Origin: the human T2T-CHM13v2.0 reference genome, Homo sapiens
Reading direction: 5' to 3' (one strand)
Length of the DNA stretch: 64,000 nucleotides
Assembly (NCBI RefSeq): GCF_009914755.1
Contig: NC_060931.1
A model generated the notes under the pieces. The model ran no database searches. It saw nothing but the letters and a program-made list of their open reading frames with translations, and was not told where the DNA came from. The position numbers and the translations under genes were made by a program. Below are positions 33,985 through 46,371 of the stretch, in pieces. Each line of letters opens with the position of its first letter. Position 1 is the stretch's first letter.

Positions 33985-34567
33985 GAATGATGGGAGCTGT
34001 AGTCTCTTATCCGCACCCAGGTGTTAGTTGTAGGTTTACAAGACTACAATCCCAGCACGAAACAGGATTGGGAGTGGTACAGATCCCTGGAGGGAGACAT
34101 AGCGCGGTGCGCTACTGCAGGGTATTTGGCAGGAGTAGTGTCTTAGCCGCTTCCGGCCGTTGGTCGCAAGGCTGCGGGACTACAATCCCAGCATGCAACG
34201 GGAGTGGGGTTGGTGAGGACACCTGGGGGGGCAGCGCGGGGCGCGCCTCGCCAGGCATGCTGGGAGAAGTAGTTTCTTCACCGCTTTCGGCCGTTGTTCG
34301 CAGGGCTGCGAGACTACAATCCCAGCATGCAAGGGGAATGGGTTGGTGATGATACCTGGAGAGGGCGGTGCGCGCCTCGTAAGGCATGCTAGGAGGAGTA
34401 GTTTCTTTTTTTGTTTTTTGCTTTTTTCTTTGAGACAGAGTCTCGCTCTGTCGCCCAGCCTGGAGTGCAGTGGCGCGATCTCGGCTCACTGCAAGCTTGG
34501 GAGGAGTAGTTTCTTAACCGCTTTCGGCCATTGGTCGCAGGGCTACCGGCCTACAGTCCCAGCAAGC
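33985..34567. repeat. Four ~135-bp tandem units, each with a divergent pair of ZNF143/THAP11 (SBS) motifs
   Basis: Reverse motifs at 33985, 34121, 34255 and 34384; forward GACTACAATCCCAGCA at 34042, 34178 and 34312, with a degenerate copy at 34549. Confidence 0.85.
34408..34497 (-). mobile_element. Severely 5'-truncated AluY inserted into the SBS array
   Basis: About 65 nt of Alu 3' end plus tail; TSD GGAGGAGTAGTTTCTT at 34392-34407 and 34500-34515. Confidence 0.9.
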
Positions 34568-36261
34568 GCCGGGCTCGGGGGTGGTGCGCAGCCTCAGAGG
34601 GAGGAGCTGGGCCGTGTGGACCTCTCTGCTTCCAAACCTACGCTGGCCCCTCAGTCTGTGCCACCCTGGCTAAGGGGATTGAGTCCGGAGAGGGACTTGA
34701 GGGGTAGGTCGGTGCTGGGCAGTGAGGAGGGTGTGATGCTGCGAAGTGCATCTCGCCTTTGCCCAAATCGGACGGGTCTCAGCCTCACTCCATCTCCCGC
34801 TGCTCAGCTCGGTTTCCCTCAAAAGCGTCGCGCCTCCTCCAGCCCAGGGAGCCGCCTGCTCTCCTAAGCTGCTGTGGAACTGGCCTGAGGTCCCAGACGC
34901 TGTCCATTGTGCTGCTGCCCTCTACACCCTCCAGCCAGAGCGCCAGTTCACCCGCTTTTGGGAGAACTCTGCCGCCTGACCTGTCCGCGGATAAGGTCAC
35001 AACTTTGCAGGGGGGTGACATGGGCTGTGGCTTCCTGGAAATGTCACCCTCACCAGCAACTTTTACATAGTTGTGAATTATGAAACATGAGGGAGGGTAA
35101 TTATTGGTTTACCCAGGCGATGTTAAGAGCAGAGGAGAAAACCCTAATTTCCAGGCATGTGTCCTGAGCCAGGGACAGGTTAGCCAGACCCTGCTCCCCC
35201 AGTGCCGCCAGAGAGCAGCCTACTGCCCTGGTTTCTGTGGGAGTCCCTTCATGCTGCTGGGCCTTAGCCTCAGGGACAGCTCAGTCAGGTGACGGTGGGG
35301 ATTACCCATGGGCTTCTGGAGCTGGGCCGGTGGTCCTAGAAGGGCCGTCCCATCCCCCTTGGAGAGGGTCTTTGTGCTGAGGGATGCCCACAGAGGCCTG
35401 GATACCAGGAACACTGCTCCAGGCCAGGGGCCTTTCTTCCAGATTTGGCTGGAAGGAAGGAAGACTTCGTCAGCTTTTCTACCCAGCTCATCTGGCCCTT
35501 GCAGGGCTGCACCCCATGGAACTGGGTTCCTGGAGTCCTCGAGGGCTTTGTGTGGCCCACTTGTTCTGATACTGAGGACACCCCTACAGGCTGTTAATTT
35601 CAGAGTAAGGGGTGTGTGCAGACTGTGGCATGGGTGCTGTCAGGGCATCCCAGGCTGCTCCGGGGACAGCACCCCAGTGTTCAACTTGGCTCAGGGCTTC
35701 CTGCCTCACACCCTTTCCCCAGGGATGTTTGGCCTGGGCTCCAGCCCTGGTCCAGAACTCAGCTGGGAAGGGCTGTAACTCTCACCTCACCCTCTCGCCA
35801 CCTAATATAAGGGCCTGACTCCACAATGGGTGAGACTCCCCCTCACACTGGTCTCTTCAGCCGTGCAGGGCCATCCACTCCATGCTGCGAGTTCCCACAC
35901 TGAGCTGAACTGTGTTCTGGCTCTGGGCTGGGTTCTCCTGTGCCCTTTCCCTGAATCCTCTCTGGGTCTGAGAGACTGATTCTCTCTACTCCCTGGCTTA
36001 AGTCTTGACATCCTGGGAGGGGTTCTCAGAAGTGAGGGGCTCCTGCTGCTCTCTGGGTCTGTTGGTACTCACAGGTGTGGGTGTTGGCTTGCACTGAGAA
36101 GTCCAACCCTTCCAGTGCCCTTCAGGGGTCCTTCCAGAGCAGGAGTGGTAGGGCGTGGGGGAGTGCCTTAGAGGGATCTTGCCCTCATCCTCTGCCCTGT
36201 CTATGAGATGTGTCCAGTAAACCGAAGGTCAGCACCTCAGGAATGAAATGTCTTTTGCAGA

Positions 36262-36600
36262 AACTTGAATGAAGCTGGAGGCCATTATTCTAAGTGAAAT
36301 AACTCAGGAATGGAAAATCAAATACCATTATTTCTCACTTATAAGTGGGAGCTAAGCTATGCGTATGCAAAGGCATACAGAGTGATATAATGGACTTCGG
36401 AGACTCACAAGCAGAGGATGGGAGTGGATGGGGGTGAAAAAACTACCTATTTGGTACAATATATACATTATATACTACTCAGGTGACAGGTGCACTAAAA
36501 TCTCAGAATTCACCACTATACAATTCATCCAGGTAACCAAAAACCACTTGTACCCTAAATGATACTAAAATAAAAATTATAATAAAACAACCATAATAAA
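36262..36600 (+). mobile_element. L1PB-type 3' end
   Basis: GGAGGCCATTATTCTAAGTGAA...GCAAAGGCATACAGAGTG...CACTAAAATCTCAGAATTCACCACTATAC. Confidence 0.8.
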
Positions 36601-37430
36601 ATTAAAATTATATAATTATAAACAAAAATTATAATAAAAAGCTTTTTTTTCTTAAAAAGAAAAACCCATTGCCACAGTTTTTGGGTTCTGGTGTTTTGGA
36701 TAGAAAGCCCCTTTTGCTCAGTAACACACACACTACTGGAGAAACAAAATCCTAAAAATTCAAGAACCTTGGCATAAATGATATTTCTGACAAGTTATTT
36801 ATACACTGCCTACATGAGTATCGCAGATATGTTTTAAAGACAAAGATTCATGTTAGACTGGGTCAGCTTTATGCTTGGTCATTTTATTTCCAATTCTCCC
36901 TTAAAATACAAGTCATGGGTTGCCATGGTGATTAATCCAAATGCACTGTGATTACATCGAACTGGTGACGTGTTCTAATTTCCCTCTCAGTTACAAAATG
37001 AGCCTGATGCTCTTAGCCATCAAAATCTCACCAACACCTACTACTTCAGTTTTAACTCTGGTTCCTGTTTCAAGGAAATCACTGAAGGTTGCAAATCACA
37101 AAAAGACAAAAATGTTTTAATGAACCAAAAACTTAAAAAATTATACCCTCCTGAAGCCATGTAATTTGGTTTTTATTTATTTAATTGTTCAGCTTCATAA
37201 ACCTACAACTGTAATAAAATATGCCATTCATGATAAGTTAATATTTATTGAATAGTAAAATAAATACACGGTAAGGGTAGATCTGGCTTCAGGTATAACT
37301 GTAATCAGGGCTGAAGTGAAATGTCTAGTAGTCAAGGACAAATGTCAGTTATAATCTGACCTCCTCCACTTGAAACACACAACAATAAATGTCTGAAAAG
37401 AAAGTTACACAGGGAATACATGAAAGAACA

Positions 37431-37504
37431 GTTATGAATTAGATTAAAATTATGAATTAATCTTAGATTAAGATTATGAATTAGATTGTTATGAATTAGA
37501 TTAA
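37431..37504. repeat. Short minisatellite (TTATGAATTAGATT-like, 4 copies)
   Basis: Read directly from the sequence. Confidence 0.75.
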
Positions 37505-38954
37505 GCCTGGTTTTAAAATAAAGACATACAAATATAAAAAATACTGAAGAACAATTAGCATAGAGGAGCACTAAAAGTATGATAATGTGTTTAAAAATAT
37601 TAGTTTCTGAGTTAAGTTTGTAGATATAGAGACCTGACAAAGAGTTGCTCCTACACATAAAACAAGCAAACAAAACCCTGGAGAAACTGCAAATGAATGG
37701 ATGGTTTCTCCTGAGCCCTTTAGAGAACTGAGGTCATGGGGCAGACTACAAACCCAACATCAGGGGATGCAGAAGCCTGCAGGTCACACAGGCCCCAGGT
37801 TTTATGTGCACCCTGAAAACCATGAAAACTGGTAAAATTAAGCCAGAAATTTTGAACTAGTTCCTAGTGGCTGTGTGTGGGAGGGTGAGGAGAATGTGAA
37901 ACCTTGGAGTCTACAGATATAGGGTTTACACTGTTGTGTATAATTTTTCTAGGTACCCTACAAGGCCTGTCAGGGAAGATAGGGTAGAATCCTGAGAATG
38001 CTCCCACACAGTGCTGATGGGGAAGGACCACTATCCCATCCACTGCTACAACTCTGGAGACACAGCTCTCCTATCTCCCCTATATGACACAAGGCCTAAT
38101 CTGCAGAGAAAGAGCATCCAAACCTGAGTCACAAGGCACTGGGGAAAAACTCCCGAACTGAGGGTAGAGAAACAAGGCCAACACCCACATTTTTGCACAG
38201 ATGCATCTCCCATAAAGAAAACAAATTATTAACTTACAGGGCACTGTTGCAGGCCCACTTCAACTGGGAGTTAAGAACATGGAGAAGGAGTATCTCTCCC
38301 CTACCATGGACAAGTAGGGACAGGAATGTGTTCTTGCCCTGGCATTGCATCTACAGGAGGGGCAGGAAACTCTTCAAATGTCAGTAACCCCACACCCCAG
38401 TTCACAGTGCTAAGTCTGAGGCTTCCTCAGAACATTGGAGATCCCCTCACTCCCTCACCGCTGCTACCAGGCTAAGAAGCATGGAGTCAAAAGAACAGTG
38501 GAATATAGCTGGGCCAAGTGCAAGAAACCATGTGTGGGAAGAGACACAAAGGGAAGGCACAGCAAACCCGGGAGATATTAGCAAAGTATCATGAAAGGGA
38601 TTTGAATTTCCTCGTCATCAGAAGGCTATTACTGCCATAACGACTTTTAATCCCAGCCTACCTCTCATCTACATGACCACAAACCCCTACACTAAGGCCT
38701 ATCTGAGGGAAAATCGCTCATCGATAACCTAAAAACTATCCCCTTTCAATGCCAGTGGGCTGATGAAAAAAATAAAAAGAATAAAAAACCCATTTACCCC
38801 AATGCACTATCCTATACAACATATGCTATTGCTTTTAACAAAAATTAGAAGCCAAGACATCCCTTTTTATCTTTAGTGAGAATATTTATTTGTGTTAAAA
38901 CCAAATTAAGGTCCCAGTGTGGAGTTCAGGATGCTGGGACCTCAGACCATGCTG

Positions 38955-40490
38955 GGCGCCCGCCTCCCGCCCGCCGTGGCCCGACCGCGTCCAAGAAGGC
39001 CCAGCGGAGGCTCCGGGGAAGGCGACCCTGGCAGGCGGCCAGGCCCGCGACATCGAAATCGGCGTCCGTTGCCCACGGAGCGCGGGAGGACGCACCTGCA
39101 GCCCGACGAGCGCTCGCACCCGCGGGACACGGCGCATGGATTCCGCGAGTACACTGTCGCGGCCACGGCATCCCGGGCCAGCACCGCGGCCTCGGCTCCC
39201 TGCTCTGCCGCTCTATCCCCAAGGCGGCTTTGGGTTCTGAATGTTCCTGTTCCTCAGCAGCCAGACGAGGGATGCCCAGGGACGGCCTTACAACAACGCA
39301 GGCTGCTGTGCGGCTGGGGCGCCCGCGTGGCCGGGGCCGTGGTGGTCATATTTCCCATGGACGCCATCAAGGTGAAGTTCATCCACCGCCAGACCTCCCC
39401 AGACGTCCAGTGCAGAGGAGTCTCCCACCGGGGTTAGGGAGATTGTGCGGGAACAAGGGGACCCAGCGGGGCCTCACGGCCCCCGCGCTGAAGCAGGGCT
39501 GGAACCAGGCCATCCGCTTCTTCTCCTGACCCCCCTGCATAGCTGGTACCGAGGGGACAACCCCAGCAAGCCCATGAACCCGCTGGTCGCTGGGGCCTTC
39601 GGAGCCATTGCAGGCGCAGCCAGTGTCTTGGGAAACGCTCCACTGCACGGGATCGAGACCCGGATGCGGGGCCTGAAAAGCACAAATGCAGAACACACGG
39701 GACTGCGGCTGCAAATCCTGAGAAAGGAAGGGCTCAAGGCCTTCTACAACGGCATTGTCCCCCACCTGGGCCGGGTCTGCCTGGATGTGACCACAGTGTT
39801 TATCCTCTGCCATGAGGTAGGAAAGCTGCTCAACAGTGTGGAAGACGGAGTAAGCCCGGAAGGGCCTTGAGGGGACCGCCCCAGGCACCTCCAGAGCGGC
39901 CACCACCCTTGTCTCACAGGATTCCAGTGCAGAAATGCCAAGCGGCCCCTGCCCAGGTCCCTCGAGCTCTGTGACCTGCCTTGTGCATTATGACGTCAAG
40001 TCTGTGTGTCCCCTAGGGCCATGTCGCCCCGTGGTCTGTATGTGACAGCGGCCCTGTGTCCACTTGTCTGGCCCGGTGTTGGCTGGATGTCCATCTGGCC
40101 TGTGAGTCTGTGCCCCCTTGTCCATGTGCTTACTGTGAGCCCTGGGCCTGTGATTCATGTTCTGCGTCATGTGACACTGCGCCCCACCTCCCAGGGTGCC
40201 CGTGTGGCCTGGGTCCTCGAGCCTGTCGCCCTGGCCCAGTCCCAGTCCACTGCCTTCCACCCTGCCCTGGGCTACCACAGCTGCCTCCAGGCCTCGGCCT
40301 GGTTTCACCGCATTCTCGGGATTACACCCCTGACCCCCAAATCCCGCCCCCCACCAGCGCTTCTCCCACTATTGGCTTAACTGGCCCGCTGGCCCTCCCT
40401 ACGCCCAGGAGAGGGTGACACCCACCACTCTCAGGATCACCCTGCCAAGGCAGAGTAAACCGGATCCTATTGCAAAAAATAAAAAATAAA
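38955..40490 (+). pseudogene. SLC25A1: SLC25A1 (mitochondrial citrate carrier) processed pseudogene, multiply frameshifted; locus number not determined
   Basis: Frames give [94 protein letters not shown] and GRVCLDV, intronless. Stop at 39851; 3'UTR; A-rich tail 40474-40490. Symbol is the parent gene. Confidence 0.95.
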
Positions 40491-40496
40491 GTATGA

Positions 40497-40867
<371 letters not shown>

Positions 40868-41415
40868 TAAACTTTGCATACTGGAAATATATTTATAATA
40901 TTTTAAATGTAAAAAGTATTATAAATATATTTATATTTATAAATATTAATATAAAATATTAAATTTAATTATTTTAAATGTTTAAGTAAAAACAAATGGG
41001 GAAAAGATGATATCAAAATAATTTTTGAAAGAGCAGGAAACTATAAACTGAACAAACAAATTTGGAAAAGAGCAAATAGAAATGGAATAATTTAAACATA
41101 AAGAAATTTAATATACAATATGTGAGTTAATTATAAAATTAGACTAAGTTGATGATGAGAGAATTAGTAAACTGGGTTAATGAATTGGAATTTTGAGCAG
41201 AACGAATATAACCAAATAAAAGGAAGAGAAACAAAATAATAGCAATATGTATGCAATTATACATATGTGAAGAATAGAAAGAGTAAAGCACAATTATTTC
41301 ACTTGAATCCATACAAATAATGTCATACTAATAAATAATTATTTACAAATTTCTGAAATTAAAAACCAGACATGTGCCTAAAAGAGACACTGTGCCTGAA
41401 AGAGAGCAATAAAGA

Positions 41416-41896
<481 letters not shown>

Positions 41897-41975
41897 TTAT
41901 TGTTCAACCTATAATTGAATACACAACTAGCATATTTTTAAATAAATAAGGGTAAACTAAATAACCTTCGAAAGT

Positions 41976-41978
<3 letters not shown>

Positions 41979-42014
<36 letters not shown>
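41979..42014. repeat. (CA)n microsatellite, ~18 units
   Basis: Read directly from the sequence. Confidence 0.97.
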
Positions 42015-42016
<2 letters not shown>

Positions 42017-42325
42017 GAGAAATTTCATCTACCAACAGGAGCATCTTAAGTGTACACTTTAAGAAGATAGAAAAGTTGTCTTATATAAAATTTAGGGAAT
42101 CAAAATTAAATGTAAGAAACTTGTGGACAAAGGGAACTATGATGTTGGACTTTGAACTAAAGAAACCACCAAGTTCTTGGCAGCATAGTTTTCAAAAGTA
42201 TTAAGATGAAATAAAAGTGTAATAAAATAATATATCAAATCGCCTGCTTCTTGAAAAATTTGATGTCAAAATCTGTTTTTCAGATAATTGTTTTCATAAT
42301 TTATTAATCATCTATGATATTTATA

Positions 42326-43219
42326 TCACACATTATGCAAAATTTTGATTATTCTTTTATCAGAACTAATTAGCATAAAAGGGCTAACAGAAATTGCCCA
42401 CAAGCATCTGGACACCCACGATGACTGAGTCATAAGCCCATAACAGGGTTGAGGATGATGAGATGATAAGGTCCACCCAGTACATGACCACAGAGCAACT
42501 CACCAGCAACAGAATGGTCTGTGTGGCCCTTTTCTCTGGGGAGGCTTTTGCAGAGAGGTTGGTGCTGGGAAGGTACTGGGGTTGTCTCTGATGTCTGGAC
42601 AAAATAATTACCATGTATGCCCTTGAGAGAAACATGATTGCTACAAAGAAGACATCTGTAAGTAGTGGCAGCATGAAAAACAGGCTCCTGATGTTGTCCC
42701 TTATGTAAGAAAGTGAACAGTATTTACTGATACTTAGCACGTTGCTATTGGTCACATTAGAAGAGGCCACAGTGGAGGAGGGCAGGTTATTACTGAGAAA
42801 CAAATTGAGAACCCAAAGAAGTGAAAGATGCAACGTGTGAATTTCTGTTTAATTCTTGCCGACCAGGAGGTGCTGGAGCTAATGGTGACAGCCTGGAACA
42901 TACTCCGGAAGCAGGTGGTACAGATGGAGAGCCCTCATCCCTCTATGCATGTAGAATACCTTACGCTTGAAGTCATTCTGAAAATACTGTGACTCAAACA
43001 GGTCTGGAGATGCCAAGAAGCTCACAGTGAGGAGCATCACTAAGTGGACAAGGGCCAGGTGACAGGTGATGAGGTCAGTGGGCTTAGACCTGCAGTCCAG
43101 AGGGAGTGTGCAGATACAGAAGAAAAGGAGGAAGGTGTTGGCTGTGAGTCTAATACCGGCTTGGAAAAAAAGGGCAATTTTTAATAGTATCATAAGTGGA
43201 ACAAGGTCATCTTAATCAT
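42326..43219 (-). pseudogene. Vomeronasal type-1 receptor (VN1R/V1R) pseudogene
   Basis: V1R motifs GIRLTANTFLL...KPTDLITCHLALVH...KVFYMHR and LSRHQRQ..YL.STNLSAKASPEKRATQTILLLVS...SPFMLISSDKRII; single exon, frameshifted. Confidence 0.92.
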
Positions 43220-44400
43220 GAAGAGGAATCATACTTTATATATCTGAAAAAAGCAATAGATATCCTATCATCACTATTTATTGCATGGTCAAAATTATTA
43301 CCAACATTATCATTTTAATTTTACCCATTTATCTCGATTAACCCCAACTATCTTATATAAATTCTTTAAAATGTAGCCTGAGCTTTATTTTATAACAAAT
43401 AAATATCATAAAATACATATCTCAAACATCCACACATCCACAATCACACCTATGTAGGGTGCACATTATCTATACTCATATAGTACTTGTGGCTCACTCC
43501 TCAGAAAGCATTTCCTTCCTTTCTGAATTTCTCAAATCGCTGAACATTCTCAGGTCTCGAATTTTTTTCTTCGTAAAAGCTTTTCAGCTTCTAAGAATAT
43601 ATATATTTCAATGCTCAAAGACAAAAAACTGTCCACTAAAAATTTTATCCTCAGAAAAACTATCAATTAAAAATAAATAAAAATAAAGACATTTCAGATA
43701 AATAAAAACTGAGGCAATTTCTTGATAGCAGACAGATCATTTGAGAAAGAATAAAAATAAGTTTTCAGGCTGAATGCAAGTAATCCCAGATAATTTCAAT
43801 GCCCCAAAAAGACAAAGAGGACTAGTAAATGTAACAAATATTTAAGGCAATATAAGAAATATTTTTTCTCATATTACTGATTGTCAAAAGCAACTTTGTA
43901 ATATTGTTTGTAATTGCATCTTCAGTGCAATTTATATAACATAAAGAAATTTAATTTATTTGCCAATAACAGCACAGAGAAGGTGGGTTCAAAAAAAGCT
44001 ATATTGGGCTAAGAAAATCTGTCCAGGTAATAACTTGTATCCACAAAGATTTAAAAAAATACATTAGTAAAACTGAAAGATTAAAATAATACCATGAATA
44101 ATAAGAAGTTTAACAAAATAAACCTGTAAATATACAAGTGCTCTTTTTTCTTATTTCAGCTAATTTAAAACAAATAAAATTATATGAGCAGATAACTATA
44201 AAAACATATTGTGTTTGTAACATATGTAGATTTAAACATCAGTACCCAAACTAGCAGGGAAAGAGAGAATAAAGTTGTACAGGAGTAACATTTTCATAAA
44301 AGGAACATAGGGTTAAAATGTGATGCTCCAACAAATGCATACATACATATACATAGTGTAATTCTCAAATTAATGTAATTAGCAGGTACTATTATGTGTA

Positions 44401-44520
44401 CCTGCTGGTGCCCTAATCTTGGACTTCTCAGCCTCCATAACTGTGAGAACTAAGTTTAGACTCTGTATAAATTGCCTATTCTAAAATATTTTGTTACAGA
44501 AATAGGGATAGCCTAAGACA
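44401..44520 (+). mobile_element. MLT1-type LTR 3' fragment (paralog of 23270-23392)
   Basis: TCTTGGACTTCTCAGCCTCCATAACTGTGAGAA...CTAAGACA. Confidence 0.75.
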
Positions 44521-45070
44521 ACATTCATGGTCATCCATGCTATAAATTAAATCACCAGAACTTATTTATTTTATATCTAAAAGTTTGCACTTTTTATCAA
44601 CATGTCTTCGTTTCTTCCACCCACCACCCCCTAGGAACCACTGTGTGCTCTCTGTTTCTATGACTTTGACATTTTTGGCTTCATACATGAGTGAAATTAA
44701 ACAGTATTTGTCATTCTGTGTCTAGCTTATTTCACTTAAGCTAATGTCCTCTAGGTTCATTCATATTGTTGCAAATGGCAGAATTCTCTTTTTTATGGCT
44801 GAATAATATTCCATTATATAAATATTCCATAATTTCTTTATCCATTCATCTATTAATGGATACGTAGATTGTTTGCATGTCTCAGTCATTGTAAATAATT
44901 CTGCAATGAATATAGAAGTGCAGATGTCTCTTCTAGAGACTAATTTTATTTTCTTTGGTTGTATATCTGGAAGTGAAATTGCTGGATAATATGGTAATTC
45001 TGTTTTAATTATTTGAAAAAGGTTCACAGTGTTTTTTATAATGGTCGTACTAATATTTCTGTATTTTTAA
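44521..45070 (-). mobile_element. L1MA-type 3' fragment (paralog of 22740-23270)
   Basis: Minus ORF ...CTSIFIAELFT...DEWIKKLWNIYIMEYYSAIKK is the L1 ORF2 C-terminus. Confidence 0.8.
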
Positions 45071-45085
45071 GGGCATGTTATACTC

Positions 45086-45292
45086 TGTTGGGAGACAGTT
45101 TTTATAGACCTGTCGGTTAATTTGTTTTATGTCTTATATAAGCTTCTGTTTGGACAATCTTTTCAAGGATGTTTCTAAATAACTAACAGCCTTGTGTGAA
45201 GTGAGTAGTGTCTCTTTTTAGAGCAGAGGTCAAATACATACATAAATAATTTAATAAAAATTATGTTTTCCCCAGAGGCAAAGGTTGGGAAG
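45086..45292 (+). mobile_element. LTR47-like (ERVL) LTR fragment
   Basis: TGTTGGGAGACA...GGACAATCTTTTCAAGGATGTTT...AACAGCCTTG...GGCAAAGGT. Confidence 0.6.
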
Positions 45293-45293
45293 G

Positions 45294-46371
45294 TTTTATT
45301 TGAAACACTTTATTGATTTTTCAGAAAAATTCTCTGTATTTTGGTGAAGTAAGAGAGTAGTCCTTGAATGGAAGAGAGGACAAAAAGGGAACCCCAAAAT
45401 ACATGACGTGCTGAGAACCCCAAAGTCCAGTGGAATTCACGTCAGGCATACATTCCAGAGAGGTTCTGAGTGAAATCCCTGCTAGAAAATTTAGCCATAT
45501 GAGATGAAGGAATTCCCCAAATTTAGAGGTATCTCCTAAGCCAAGAAACAAAATGATGGAGCAGGGCAGGGGCTCAATCCTTAAGAGTTTTTCAATTTTA
45601 GAGGAACTGGGAAAGCACATGGGGACCTCCTCATCTAGCAGGGTGGGGGATATGAGATCCTGACGCAACATCAGAACAGCAATAAAACATTGATTAGTTG
45701 GTGGGCAAGGGTCCTTGGCATGGCGGGCTAAGATTGGCTTCCTAGTGGCTGGGAGTGAGGTCTAAGGCTCAAGACAGCCTGTGCTGAGTAGGCAGGAAGG
45801 CAACTCATCAGCTTGGGTTTGATAAAAGGAAGGTTTAGCGGTATCTCCCTCAATCTTGGGGAGTGACCCTCGCAGCAGAAAAATTGTGGCCAGAGTCTGT
45901 GGCAAAAGGAGCCACTCCTTTTACTGGAACTTGAGGCAGTCAGACAGCAGGTACCGCATGGCTTGGGGCAGTTGCTGGAGATTTTTCTGAGGTCCAGGGA
46001 CAAAGAGTCACAGCCCACCATAAAGATGATCTGGTCACAGCTGCCAATGTGGCTGTAAGCAGTGAGCCATTCATGAGTTTTTAGAGCACAGCTACACTGG
46101 CATAGACGTCCAACTGGGAGCTGAAGGGTTTCAGGTTCTGCATGAAAGTCACCTCAGCTGCGATCCATAAAATGGAGGCTGAAGGCTGCTCCAAGGGCTG
46201 GGCCCTGCTTCATTGTGTCTTCACTGTGGTCAGACGGGAGTCACTCATCTTTACCGGGAACCCTTTGTGTCAAAAAATGTTATTAGACTTGAGATCTTCT
46301 TGGATAATATTCTTGACATGGAAGTAGTTCATGCCCTAGGCAGTCTGCGGGGCCATGTCAATTAGCTGGAC
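45294..46371 (-). pseudogene. ARAF: ARAF processed pseudogene, 5'-truncated (kinase C-lobe plus 3'UTR); locus number not determined
   Basis: Hand translation of the minus strand: [32 protein letters not shown]...AQPLEQPSASILWIAAEV...DVYA...SHIGSCDQIIFMVGCDSLSLDLRKISSNCPK, matching ARAF without introns; AATAAA (tttatt 45309-45314). Symbol is the parent gene. Confidence 0.92.

Larger units (their letters stand above)
33550..35000. promoter_or_regulatory. CpG-island / promoter-like region, copy B
   Basis: CpG-rich; NRF1-like TGCGCATG at 33612, G-runs 33672-33712, ETS-like CGGAAG sites, X-box and SBS array. Confidence 0.75.
31862..35165 (+). repeat. Old direct duplication, copy B (empty sites for the GABPA retrocopy and the 7054 Alu)
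   Basis: AAATCCAATAAGCAAACAAAACTGAGGTTCTGACTTTCAGTAAT joins the two GABPA flanks; single AAAATGGATTCA at 33057-33068. Confidence 0.9.

Noticed and set aside
33985-34567. Repeat-spacer pattern resembling a CRISPR array
   Set aside because: Primate DNA, no cas genes, motifs alternate in orientation and the spacers are homologous to each other; it is a tandem repeat of transcription-factor motifs.
38876-39941. 217-, 172- and 175-aa ORFs as novel proteins
   Set aside because: They are shifted or antisense frames of the SLC25A1 retrocopy.
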